From a virus (lineage: Duplodnaviria; Caudoviricetes): a stretch of DNA of 64,000 nt. Both the position numbers and the translations under genes were made by a program. The notes beneath the pieces were generated by a model, which saw nothing but the letters and a program-made list of their open reading frames with translations, had not been told where the DNA came from and searched no databases. This document shows positions 7,877-16,434 of this stretch, one piece after another. Within the stretch, counting starts at the first letter, position 1, and each line of letters begins with the position of its first letter. The DNA is taken from positions 14,916-78,915 of the IMG/VR virus record IMGVR_UViG_3300014204_000161; one strand, given 5' to 3'.

Positions 7877-8142
7877 TTCTCTCCTTTCAGTATTTGTTCT
7901 ATGCGACCTTCTGGGCTTACTCCAGGCCCAATGATCTCTATGTTCTTGAACCCGTTCTCCTCAGTTATTATGGAATCCTTTTCATCGATTGCTCCTGGAT
8001 GCTTTTCACCATAGTGTCCGGTCAGCTTCTTGGAAGCCGGGTCTAGGTCTCCCCATTTGGTTCGGTTTCCGATCAGCGGTTCTATGCAGAACTTTCGTCC
8101 AGTCTTTTGATCTACAATGAAGTACCGTCCAGTATCGCTCAT
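7873..8142 (-). CDS. Conserved hypothetical protein
   Basis: GRKFCIEP...WGD.DP.SKK..G.YG.K..G.I.EK.S.IT.ENGFKNI pattern; overlapping operon. Confidence 0.75.
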   Translation of the reverse strand: MSDTGRYFIVDQKTGRKFCIEPLIGNRTKWGDLDPASKKLTGHYGEKHPGAIDEKDSIITEENGFKNIEIIGPGVSPEGRIEQILKGEK

Positions 8143-8516
8143 TTTAATTTCTTTGAAAGCTTTCCGCGTTCTATGTCAGCCACTACTACCGGGTTCTTTG
8201 GGTCGGTCCATGCATCCAAGTTGACCAGCATGAACCGTCTCTGGAAGAACGGATCGTTCTCGCAAATGATGTCCAGCAGCCTGGTATTGCTTGAATAAGC
8301 GGAGACCAGGGAGTCTGGGCTGCCCTTGATACGACAGATCAGTTCGTCATGGCCCTGGACCCCTAGCCTGCGTATGACGAGCTTGGGCTTGCTGTACCAT
8401 TTAGTCGGGTAGTACGTGACCCGATATAGCCTACGACTTGTGGTGACCTCCTCGGTCATTTTTACGTCTTCCATGCTGAGCTTAAGTTTTGCGTTGAGAA
8501 GTTTTTTACTACTCAT
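8139..8516 (-). CDS. Hypothetical protein
   Basis: 125-aa ORF, first of a three-gene overlapping operon. Confidence 0.65.
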   Translation of the reverse strand: MSSKKLLNAKLKLSMEDVKMTEEVTTSRRLYRVTYYPTKWYSKPKLVIRRLGVQGHDELICRIKGSPDSLVSAYSSNTRLLDIICENDPFFQRRFMLVNLDAWTDPKNPVVVADIERGKLSKKLK

Positions 8517-8628
8517 TGAACCTGCGGTTTTCAGGAGAATTCACTAGTCGGCACACCGGTAGAAACCCCCACGACCGGGCGAATGAGTTCCAGGAAGTCA
8601 ATGATAAATAACCAGAAAAGAACACGGA

Positions 8629-8769
8629 ATGAGCCAAGCTTGCTTAGCGATCGCTGGCCTTCTGGTGGTTCTCGCTTTCTTTCTCTTCACTAGGTGCATG
8701 CACAAATGCAAGAAAGAAAGGAAACGATTGATAACTGACAGGGATGCCAGTCCCACCATGGGTGCGTAA
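8629..8769 (+). CDS. Small single-TM protein (46 aa, MSQACLAIAGLLVV...)
   Basis: Read manually; late promoter GATAAATA at 8603-8610; TM helix followed by a basic tail. Preferred over the minus-strand track ORFs here. Confidence 0.5.
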   Translation: MSQACLAIAGLLVVLAFFLFTRCMHKCKKERKRLITDRDASPTMGA

Positions 8770-8863
8770 TTTGTAAGGGATCCCATACCTAGCCCCTATT
8801 TTAAGATGAAACTTCCCATCCCAAGGCAAGCTCTGTGATAAATAACTAAAACCCTGAAGCCCC

Positions 8864-9004
8864 ATGACGCTCCTCATAATTTTTAATTCGATAGTTGGAA
8901 TTTCGATATTAGCCTGTGCCTACTTGCTGTACAGGCAAATGAGGCTGGAAGGGGACAGGGACTGGATCATGAGAGTCACGAACAAAAAAGGAATCACAGA
9001 CTGA
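8864..9004 (+). CDS. Small single-TM protein (46 aa, MTLLIIFNSIVG...)
   Basis: Read manually; late promoter GATAAATA at 8837-8844; TGATG coupling to the next gene. Confidence 0.55.
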   Translation: MTLLIIFNSIVGISILACAYLLYRQMRLEGDRDWIMRVTNKKGITD

Positions 9005-10380
9005 TGCCGAATTACGAACTTGTCCTGTTTCCTACTGGAACTAAGTACCTTGAACTTGATACTGTCCTTACCTCTCCGTCCAATTGTATACTTCTAAATC
9101 CAATCGGAGGCGGTGGACCTACCATTACTTTTGAACTTATTCCAACCGGCAGCACGTCAGACCTAGGTACATGCTTTTACTTGACCGGAACTACCGGTAA
9201 AACTGTCTACATTGACTGGGGAGATTCTAGCACGGACAGCACCATCTCACTGACGGGAAGCAGCCAGCAAATGACTCATGCCTATGCTTCTGGCGGAACG
9301 TACACCGTGACCATAACCGGAGACACCAATTACCTTTCAGCTTTTTTCCTAAACAGCATATCCACCATAGGGTTTTCGCTAGGAATCACGGCACTTCCGT
9401 CAAACATCACAACTTGGGACATTTACGATTATTCTGGAAATTCAGCATTCACCGGAGCTATCAGCAGCTTTCCAAGCGGACTGGTAAGGCTCTATCATAT
9501 TGAAACTTCGATGCAACTTACTGGGTCGATAGAAAATTTCGGATCGTCGCTAGCTAACTTAATTATGTTCAATGGATCGTCCACGTTAACTGGATCTATA
9601 GCGAACCTGGCATCGACTACTGCTCTTACTTCTATTGACTTAAGGTATCACACTAGCTTAACTGGTAGCATAGAAACTTTCCTAACGAGAAGCACTAACT
9701 TGACGAGCATGTACATCGACGGATGCACCAGCATGTCCGGCAATGTCACGTCCTGGCCAAGCTCATTAAACAGTGCAATATTACTTAACATGTCAGGAGT
9801 CACAGCTTCAGTAAACGGGCTTGGAGGAACTCAGCTGCACCTTGCCTTGAAAAACCTCGGGACTTGTACTGGGTCAATAGCGAATCTGCCGTCTGGAACG
9901 TATTCGATTGACTTGGCCGACATAGGTACCAGCATCACCGGTTCGGTGAACAGCCTACCTTCGTCGGTTCGCGAAGTCACATTAGCTTGCAATGGAGCAG
10001 GTTTCACATGTTCATGCGGCGGAACATTTCCAACTTACTTGTACTCACTTAAATTAAAATACGTTCCGATTTCGGGTGACATTGGAGCCTTGCCAGACTT
10101 ACTGATCTTATGGATAGAGGAAAATTCTTCTACTCTTTCTTACACTGGCGGAAGCACATGGAAAAGTTTAATGAATGATGTCAAGATCCTTCCAGCTACG
10201 AGTTATGGGTTAACTTCAACACAAGTGGATAATATCCTTATTGATTTGAACACCTATGTTACTACTTGGCAAACGCCAAAGACTATAAATTTAGCTGGAA
10301 ATAATGCAGCACGAACTTCAGCTTCGAACGCAGCAGTCACGTCCCTTCAAGGAAAGGAAGTTACCGTAACTACTAACTAA
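9004..10380 (+). CDS. PKD/Ig-like plus leucine-rich-repeat protein (putative virion surface or receptor-binding protein)
   Basis: YIDWGD...HAYASGGTYTVTITG (PKD) followed by ~10 LxGxIxxLPxxLxxL-type repeats. Confidence 0.75.
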   Translation: MPNYELVLFPTGTKYLELDTVLTSPSNCILLNPIGGGGPTITFELIPTGSTSDLGTCFYLTGTTGKTVYIDWGDSSTDSTISLTGSSQQMTHAYASGGTYTVTITGDTNYLSAFFLNSISTIGFSLGITALPSNITTWDIYDYSGNSAFTGAISSFPSGLVRLYHIETSMQLTGSIENFGSSLANLIMFNGSSTLTGSIANLASTTALTSIDLRYHTSLTGSIETFLTRSTNLTSMYIDGCTSMSGNVTSWPSSLNSAILLNMSGVTASVNGLGGTQLHLALKNLGTCTGSIANLPSGTYSIDLADIGTSITGSVNSLPSSVREVTLACNGAGFTCSCGGTFPTYLYSLKLKYVPISGDIGALPDLLILWIEENSSTLSYTGGSTWKSLMNDVKILPATSYGLTSTQVDNILIDLNTYVTTWQTPKTINLAGNNAARTSASNAAVTSLQGKEVTVTTN

Positions 10381-10425
10381 TTTTATCGTAAAGTCACACT
10401 ATAAATACGATAAAACCATCCGTAA

Positions 10426-10821
10426 ATGTTCGTCCCAAATCACCTCCATCTAATAGTTAGGGCCCATGTTGACAAGCCCCCATCCTCAGAAAAAGAGCTC
10501 AATGACTGGCTTGAAGAGCTGGTAGGCCTGGTAGGCATGAAAGTTGTCGCCGGGCCCACTTCCACGTATGTCCATGATGAAGGTAACGAGGGAGTCACAG
10601 GAACTATCACTCTAGCAACATCGCATGCCTCGGTTCACGTATGGGATCATGATAAGCCTTCCCTTGTCCAGTTCGACATTTACTCGTGCAAGGAGTACTC
10701 CATCGAGTCAGTGTTCGCTCACCTAAACAAGTTCGAAATGGTGTCGTACCAATGGCTGTTCATCGATAGAAATGACGGCATTCACATTAGTTCCGGCGGT
10801 CGGTGGGACAGAGCAGATTAA
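10426..10821 (+). CDS. speD: S-adenosylmethionine decarboxylase-family proenzyme (pyruvoyl-dependent)
   Basis: GVTG...LATSHASVHVW...FDIYSCK; self-cleavage Ser-His present; TATAAATA at 10400-10407. Confidence 0.85.
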   Translation: MFVPNHLHLIVRAHVDKPPSSEKELNDWLEELVGLVGMKVVAGPTSTYVHDEGNEGVTGTITLATSHASVHVWDHDKPSLVQFDIYSCKEYSIESVFAHLNKFEMVSYQWLFIDRNDGIHISSGGRWDRAD

Positions 10822-10861
10822 TGCTAACCTTGCGAATAAATAATCCAAATAAGCTATTTGC

Positions 10862-11035
10862 ATGGCAGTTCATACGCATCCAAGCATACCTTGTCCAATC
10901 TGCGGATTCGGGTCGAAGGCCGAGCCCAAGATACTATCCTTTCATAAATTCATGAATGAGAACGAGGAATCCGAAGAGGAAGATTGGACTCAAATGCTAG
11001 AAACGGTTTCACGAAAAGGACAGGGACGATCCTGA
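10862..11035 (+). CDS. Small protein (57 aa) with CPIC and an internal ILSFHKFMNE motif
   Basis: Read manually; AATAAATA late promoter at ~10835. Confidence 0.5.
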   Translation: MAVHTHPSIPCPICGFGSKAEPKILSFHKFMNENEESEEEDWTQMLETVSRKGQGRS

Positions 11036-11089
11036 CGAGATCGACCTGTTGGAATGGTATCTCATCACTCAATAAAAACATAATGACAC

Positions 11090-12688
11090 ATGATCAAAGG
11101 ACCGATTAAGTACTTCAACGATTGGAAATTATTCGAAAGCGAACAGGGTGATCAGCCAGTTCAACCGGTGGATCCTAATTCAGCAGCATCTATCCTTGCC
11201 TCAGTAAAGGCTGAGGACGAAAGAACTGGAGTATCTACTGTTCCTGGGTACGATGCAGTAATGAAATGGTGGAGTGATGGTCACGGACAAAGCACGTTCT
11301 GGGCATCATTCATTAAGTCTCATGCTGAAAGCAAGTACGATAAAATACATTCACTATCTTCTGCTAAGTACTGGGCAGGACAAGGATCTAACCCACAAGC
11401 GGAACAGAAGTTCAATAGTTTCATTAAGGTCGTGGACGCTCTGATCGCAAAGAAAGCTGATCCAACTCTAGCTCCATACCAATTCCTTAACGATCTGGTG
11501 GAAGTGAAGAGACAGTTGGAAGAAAAAAGAAAGGCTGGAGTTCTAATTAGCCAGTATTCTGGAGAGTTCGGAAAGTTCATTCCGGCTTACTTTATGTCTC
11601 AACCTGGCGGAAACGTGGATCCTATCGTTCAGACCATACAGAATGGAACTGCTCAGGACCAGAAGTACATGCAGTACGTTGCCCTTATTAAGAACTTCCA
11701 GGCAAGAATAAATGCTAAACAGTCACCACCTCTCACCCAAGCTTTGTCGGAACTTACTGCTAAATTTCAAAAGGGTCCTGGAGAATTCGCAAAATGGACA
11801 ACGTCCACTACCATTAGTTCGGAAGAAAAGAAACAGTTGCTCGCTAGCATTTCTCAAAAGGCTACCGCGTACTTGGAAAGAATGCAGAAGTACTCTCCAG
11901 AATCAAAGATCACAAATTTGAACTCGGCAATACTTGCGGCTACTGACTTATCGATAGCTCCAAATGGAGACAACATCACAATCATGCCAGCAGCAAAACC
12001 GGTAATTACAACGTCAATAGTGACCGGCCAGTATCCAGCAGTTCCAATAGTCGATGGAGCTTTTGATTCTCATTCAGAAGAGATGACTAAAGCTAAAGCC
12101 CTTTTTCAGGATAACGTTGCTGTTCTAAAACCAGAGAGCATTTCTGCTATCCAGCAATCAGTTGACGAAGCTGTGAAGCTAATAACTGAGCAGGGCGGAA
12201 AAATAAAGAATGTGACTTTATTTGGAGCAGCAAGCACGAGCAAAGTTCCAACGCAGTCGTACGCTGGCGGAAATAAGAAATTAACTACAGATCGTTTCAA
12301 TGCTCTAATTGAAGCATTTAAGAAAGCATTCGAAGGAAAGGCTGAGGCCATAACGGTTGACTCAAGTCGGAGTAAAATAACTCCGGAACAGGGACCAGAC
12401 TGGAACGATCAAGCTAGAGCAAAGTACATGCCAAACGGTCAGAAAACCCCTGAATACGAAACGACTTTCGGTCCATATCGATATGCTATCGGGTATTTTG
12501 AAATCCAATACGTTATAGAAACTCAAGAAGAAAAAACTTTCGAACCTTCAGTTCTTGCGGTTGGAAAATGGAAAGCTTTGATTGGTTGGAGAGGTGAGGG
12601 TATCAAGCTGAGAATTCCGCCAATCCTCACTATTAAATTACGGAACGGCAGCACACCAAGCGTACCAGGTAAATGTTCTCCATGGTAA
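11090..12688 (+). CDS. Putative internal virion protein with an OmpA-like peptidoglycan-binding domain
   Basis: Leader IKYFNDWKLFESE; C-terminal half F.DN.A.LKPES...GAAST...NKKLTTDRFNAL resembles the OmpA-C motif. Confidence 0.6.
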   Translation: MIKGPIKYFNDWKLFESEQGDQPVQPVDPNSAASILASVKAEDERTGVSTVPGYDAVMKWWSDGHGQSTFWASFIKSHAESKYDKIHSLSSAKYWAGQGSNPQAEQKFNSFIKVVDALIAKKADPTLAPYQFLNDLVEVKRQLEEKRKAGVLISQYSGEFGKFIPAYFMSQPGGNVDPIVQTIQNGTAQDQKYMQYVALIKNFQARINAKQSPPLTQALSELTAKFQKGPGEFAKWTTSTTISSEEKKQLLASISQKATAYLERMQKYSPESKITNLNSAILAATDLSIAPNGDNITIMPAAKPVITTSIVTGQYPAVPIVDGAFDSHSEEMTKAKALFQDNVAVLKPESISAIQQSVDEAVKLITEQGGKIKNVTLFGAASTSKVPTQSYAGGNKKLTTDRFNALIEAFKKAFEGKAEAITVDSSRSKITPEQGPDWNDQARAKYMPNGQKTPEYETTFGPYRYAIGYFEIQYVIETQEEKTFEPSVLAVGKWKALIGWRGEGIKLRIPPILTIKLRNGSTPSVPGKCSPW

Positions 12689-13225
12689 CTATTCGACAGT
12701 AGTTAACTGACTACCTACCTTCGTTCCAGCAACCATCGTTGCTACGACCAAGTAGCCAATCCCGTTGTTTACGTATTCGCCGCCAATATCGAAGCCTACG
12801 CTAGTAGTTTCAGGAATAGTCATTGCCATGTTATGACCAGGCGAAGATTTCCAACCATCGAATGCGCACTTAATATCTTCGTCAGTTACTCCGCTAACTC
12901 CGGAGGCTTTTGCATTACTGTGTAAGTCCCCGTAACAATTTTCGACTACTGAATACTGTCGTATCTTATCTCTGTAAAACGGGTCGATGATTTCTAATCT
13001 CGAATGAACACCAATGCCATGGCTGATTTTTTCGAATCTTTTCATCCAAGTAGATTGGACTTTCGCAGCCGAATCAAGAAGCGGATCGTACTGAACTGGT
13101 GTTAATCCCAAACTAATACGATAATCATTGATCAGCTTGAGAAACATTAGATCGTGCTTGTCCTGCGAAAAGGCTAACGATATGCTAGCCAAGACTAAGA
13201 TGATTATAACGAGCGCTTTCTTCAT
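12689..13225 (-). CDS. CAP (SCP/Tpx-1/Ag5) domain exported protein
   Basis: Signal peptide; LINDYR...L..AA..QS..M...H...VENC...W..SPGH..M. Confidence 0.85.
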   Translation of the reverse strand: MKKALVIIILVLASISLAFSQDKHDLMFLKLINDYRISLGLTPVQYDPLLDSAAKVQSTWMKRFEKISHGIGVHSRLEIIDPFYRDKIRQYSVVENCYGDLHSNAKASGVSGVTDEDIKCAFDGWKSSPGHNMAMTIPETTSVGFDIGGEYVNNGIGYLVVATMVAGTKVGSQLTTVE

Positions 13226-13251
13226 GTGATTATTATACTACTACTTAGCCA

Positions 13252-13277
13252 AAAAAAGCCGGATATCCGGCTTTTTT
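13252..13277. terminator. Bidirectional terminator
   Basis: AAAAAAA-GCCGGATATCCGGC-TTTTTT. Confidence 0.8.
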
Positions 13278-13290
13278 CGTTACTGCGAGT

Positions 13291-14001
13291 TTACTTTTTA
13301 ACCGGTGGAATTGGTTTTTCGGTTACCTTTCCTTTTTGATCAGTTTCAGCCATCTTCTTTATGTTCTTCTTGAAAAGTTCTGTCTTGGAAACTGGTTTTT
13401 CCTGTTTAACTGGGGCTTTTCTTGCTACCTCTTTTATTTTCAGGTTAGGAAATCCGCCAGTCTGTTTCTTTTTGCGACCTTCGAACAGAGGATCTTCTTC
13501 GTCGTCCGGTTCAGCTCTGAACGTCTTATCGACGTCTGCTAATGCTTCTGGCTCTTCAGGCACATCTCCGAATTCGTCCTTAGGCTCATTTTCGTACTGA
13601 TCTACGAAATCATCTTCTTCCGTTTCGGTTTTTGATCTTCGAGCTTCCTTAGGTTTGAACTCGATTGAGTACGAAGCTTCCTTGGTAGTAGGATCGGCAT
13701 CGTCCAGCGTTAAATTAACGTCATACGGTTTTCCGCTCCATGTTTCAAAACCGAAGTCCCTTAACGTTAGCTTGTCCGGTGCATACTGGAAGTCCTGATC
13801 GCTCAGCTTTACTCGAATGGTATTTCCTTCAACTCCGAGAATCTTGTGACCTTCAAAGTTTCCGTTGACTATTCCTGCTGCAATTTTGGAAACTTCTTCC
13901 GGCATTGCGGTTCCAACCTCAGCTGCTAAATCAGTACCAATTTCTTCATTTGCAAAATTTTCGTTTACGAATCCTTTGAAGTCGAGAATGAAAGTTTTCA
14001 T
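13291..14001 (-). CDS. Acidic putative internal head protein
   Basis: Leader MKTFILDFKGFVNE; internal LFEG motif. Confidence 0.7.
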   Translation of the reverse strand: MKTFILDFKGFVNENFANEEIGTDLAAEVGTAMPEEVSKIAAGIVNGNFEGHKILGVEGNTIRVKLSDQDFQYAPDKLTLRDFGFETWSGKPYDVNLTLDDADPTTKEASYSIEFKPKEARRSKTETEEDDFVDQYENEPKDEFGDVPEEPEALADVDKTFRAEPDDEEDPLFEGRKKKQTGGFPNLKIKEVARKAPVKQEKPVSKTELFKKNIKKMAETDQKGKVTEKPIPPVKK

Positions 14002-14028
14002 GTGTATCAATGTAATTTTATGGAGAAA

Positions 14029-14403
14029 TTATTTCTTTTTGTCCAAACCGAAGTTCTTTCTAGCTTGTTCGCTTTTTGACAGCTTAGGACCAGTTTTTCC
14101 AGCAGGTTTAGCAGGGTCCTTTTCGTCCTTACCGTTTGGTTTTCCGAATGCGAAAGGCTTACCTTTTTCTGTTGGTTTCTTTGCTCCCTTTTCAAAAGGC
14201 TTTCCGAACGGAGGTTTCTTTGCCTCTGTAATTTCGGGAAACTCGCTAGGCTTATCGAATTCTTGGGCAGCAGCAGTTAACTCTTCCTGTTTGGCGCCGC
14301 ATTCTGCGCAAGTGCCATCTTCCATTATTGCTCCGCCACATTCACATGTAGGTTCTAGCATTTCATTTACGAATTGACCGAAGCCTAATACAAACTGTTT
14401 CAT
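14029..14403 (-). CDS. Putative internal head protein with a small CxCG...CxxCG zinc motif and a K/P-rich tail
   Basis: Leader MKQFVLGFGQFVNE; CECGG...CAECG. Confidence 0.7.
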   Translation of the reverse strand: MKQFVLGFGQFVNEMLEPTCECGGAIMEDGTCAECGAKQEELTAAAQEFDKPSEFPEITEAKKPPFGKPFEKGAKKPTEKGKPFAFGKPNGKDEKDPAKPAGKTGPKLSKSEQARKNFGLDKKK

Positions 14404-14418
14404 TATCGATTTATTATT

Positions 14419-14865
14419 TTACGGCTCTACGTCCGAATCTTCTGATGTTATTCCGAGCATCTCGTCATTGAACTTATCGTATTCGGCCACAGTGTCCTTC
14501 ATCGTTTGATTAAGGGTGGTCAATTCTGCCTTCAACTCTTCAATTTTTTGCGTGTCCTCTTCGGATACTGAGTTTTGCCGAGTTTCAATAGGGATTCCCA
14601 TGTACTCTTTCTGTTTCTCCTTGAATGCTTTTATTGCTTCCTTTCTGGCCTTATCAATTTCATCGAATCGATCGGCTTCGGAAGCAGGCGATTGAGAAGC
14701 ATCTTCAACTGGTGGAACATCAGTAGGTGATGCATCCGATACTCCAGTGGTGTCTGTGACTGGTTGTTCTATTGGAGCAGCAGGAGGCGGAGCGACAGGA
14801 TTAGTCGGATCGACCTGTTCTGATTCCTTTATCCACTCATCGTACATTTTAACTGAAACTGACAT
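14419..14865 (-). CDS. Putative internal head protein (coiled coil)
   Basis: Leader VKMYDEWIKES; late promoter at 14886-14893. Confidence 0.7.
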   Translation of the reverse strand: MSVSVKMYDEWIKESEQVDPTNPVAPPPAAPIEQPVTDTTGVSDASPTDVPPVEDASQSPASEADRFDEIDKARKEAIKAFKEKQKEYMGIPIETRQNSVSEEDTQKIEELKAELTTLNQTMKDTVAEYDKFNDEMLGITSEDSDVEP

Positions 14866-14920
14866 GTCGGTAACTCATTTTGTTTTATTTATCAGAGAGC
14901 CGAGAATAAATAACTGTACG

Positions 14921-15271
14921 ATGAGCATTTTACTATTCGAACAGTGGGTCAATGAAAACTACCGACCTTTGCGTGTGCTTGACGACCTTGACATCAACCG
15001 TCGTTACAAGGGAACCAGGTATGAGTACGAGCTTTTTCCAAGGTTCAGGAGATTGCAATCAAGAATAAAGCAACTGGACAAAAAACCTGGAATAGAAGAA
15101 TGGTTCAAAATGATGCAGAACTCGGACAACGAATTCTACTCAATGGTATTGACTGGCGCATTGGGTCAGCCGGACGTACGGGAACTATGGCGAGATCTAA
15201 CTGGCCAGAGATCCTCAAGAATGAAGAAATACAATTTAGCTGAAAGCAATGAAACCTCGCAATCCACATAG
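14921..15271 (+). CDS. Putative internal head protein
   Basis: Start moved to ATG 14921 (MSILLFEQWVNE), behind AATAAATA at 14905-14912. Confidence 0.7.
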   Translation: MSILLFEQWVNENYRPLRVLDDLDINRRYKGTRYEYELFPRFRRLQSRIKQLDKKPGIEEWFKMMQNSDNEFYSMVLTGALGQPDVRELWRDLTGQRSSRMKKYNLAESNETSQST

Positions 15272-15680
15272 AAAACCGTTACCTCCAGTGAAGAACGACA
15301 GACGGTTATTTTTTGGATGGAAAAATACCAAGTGGTTCATCACAGAAGTGGGAAACATGTACTCGAGCAAACCGTCGTACTTCTCAAAGAAGAGAATTGA
15401 ATCTGGTGTGGCCTTTATCATCGGTCAAGCTGGTATGATCATGTTCTTACTGTTTAAGTACAAAACTCTGGACATGACCGATTTCATAATGTGGGCTTCT
15501 TTGGAATTCGCAGTTGGCGGATACATCACTTACCAAATTCAGAGACAGAGGCGATACGATTCGGATAACGGGTATGGAGATTATTACAATAACAATGGTT
15601 ACTCTGACCAATCTAACGATCACGAACATCACGATCAATACCAACAGGATAATGATGGAACTACGAACGGCCCAATTTAA
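15249..15680 (+). CDS. Two-TM membrane protein with an acidic N/D/Y-rich tail
   Basis: Hydrophobic segments at about aa 53-70 and 80-96. Confidence 0.65.
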   Translation: MKPRNPHRKPLPPVKNDRRLFFGWKNTKWFITEVGNMYSSKPSYFSKKRIESGVAFIIGQAGMIMFLLFKYKTLDMTDFIMWASLEFAVGGYITYQIQRQRRYDSDNGYGDYYNNNGYSDQSNDHEHHDQYQQDNDGTTNGPI

Positions 15681-16390
15681 GGCTGTTTAGTCAGCAGAAT
15701 CCTGTCCAATTCATCAATCCAAGCGAACATTTCTTCTATGAGCATCGGCCCACTGTGAAGGCATGAGTCATCTTTTGCTTGCAAAGATTCGGTTACTTGC
15801 ATGGAAAGTGATACCTGAGAAAGAATGCAATGAATTACTTCGAATAACATCCACTTCATCACTCCGTCCAACAATATTTCTTCGTTCGTTATGTCAGTGT
15901 ATTCCATGAAAAAGTCAATGCCGAAAGGTAGGGAACACCAGGCTCTAACGTCGAACGAGGTCAAATGGTAAACTGATTCTTCTTCTATCTCATCGTCGAT
16001 TTTCAATCCCATCATTACTGGGTAAACGCTAAGGAAGTCAGTATTATCGTCCTTTATTGGAGTTACTTCGCCTATTTTGAAAAGGTAAACGCAATTCATT
16101 GGAACCTTTGGTTTCTTCTCTAGCGGTTTTTGTAAGACAGCATATATGTCCTTTAACTGTATACCTGCTAAACTATTAGAGAATATTTGTTGCAACTGGT
16201 CAGCGTACGGTTCAAGCAATCGTAGTATGTCGCAAGTGGATAGTTCGCCTTCGATTTGAACCGAATACGGTAAGTACCAAGATATTGGCAACTGGGCTTC
16301 AGCAATCTCCTTATCGATCCATGAAGCTGACTGTTCGTCCCAGAAGGAAAAGAAGATCCCCTCCTTTTTTAGAGTTATCTTTTGCATCAA
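15677..16390 (-). CDS. Hypothetical protein (237 aa)
   Basis: Long ORF with late promoter TATAAATA at ~16394-16401. Confidence 0.75.
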   Translation of the reverse strand: MMQKITLKKEGIFFSFWDEQSASWIDKEIAEAQLPISWYLPYSVQIEGELSTCDILRLLEPYADQLQQIFSNSLAGIQLKDIYAVLQKPLEKKPKVPMNCVYLFKIGEVTPIKDDNTDFLSVYPVMMGLKIDDEIEEESVYHLTSFDVRAWCSLPFGIDFFMEYTDITNEEILLDGVMKWMLFEVIHCILSQVSLSMQVTESLQAKDDSCLHSGPMLIEEMFAWIDELDRILLTKQP

Positions 16391-16434
16391 GTTTATTTAT
16401 AAGATCGAATAAATAATCAGAAAGATCAGACCTA

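Noticed and set aside
8598-8877. Minus-strand track ORFs 8598-8786 and 8644-8877
   Set aside because: Better explained by two + strand TM ORFs that have late promoters and translational coupling.
11003-11075. Possible +1 frameshift extending the 57-aa ORF (...ETV-HEKDRDDPDEIDLLEWYLITQ)
   Set aside because: The acidic continuation is suggestive, but there is no recognisable slippery site or stimulator; it could be chance or a 1-nt error and needs reads.
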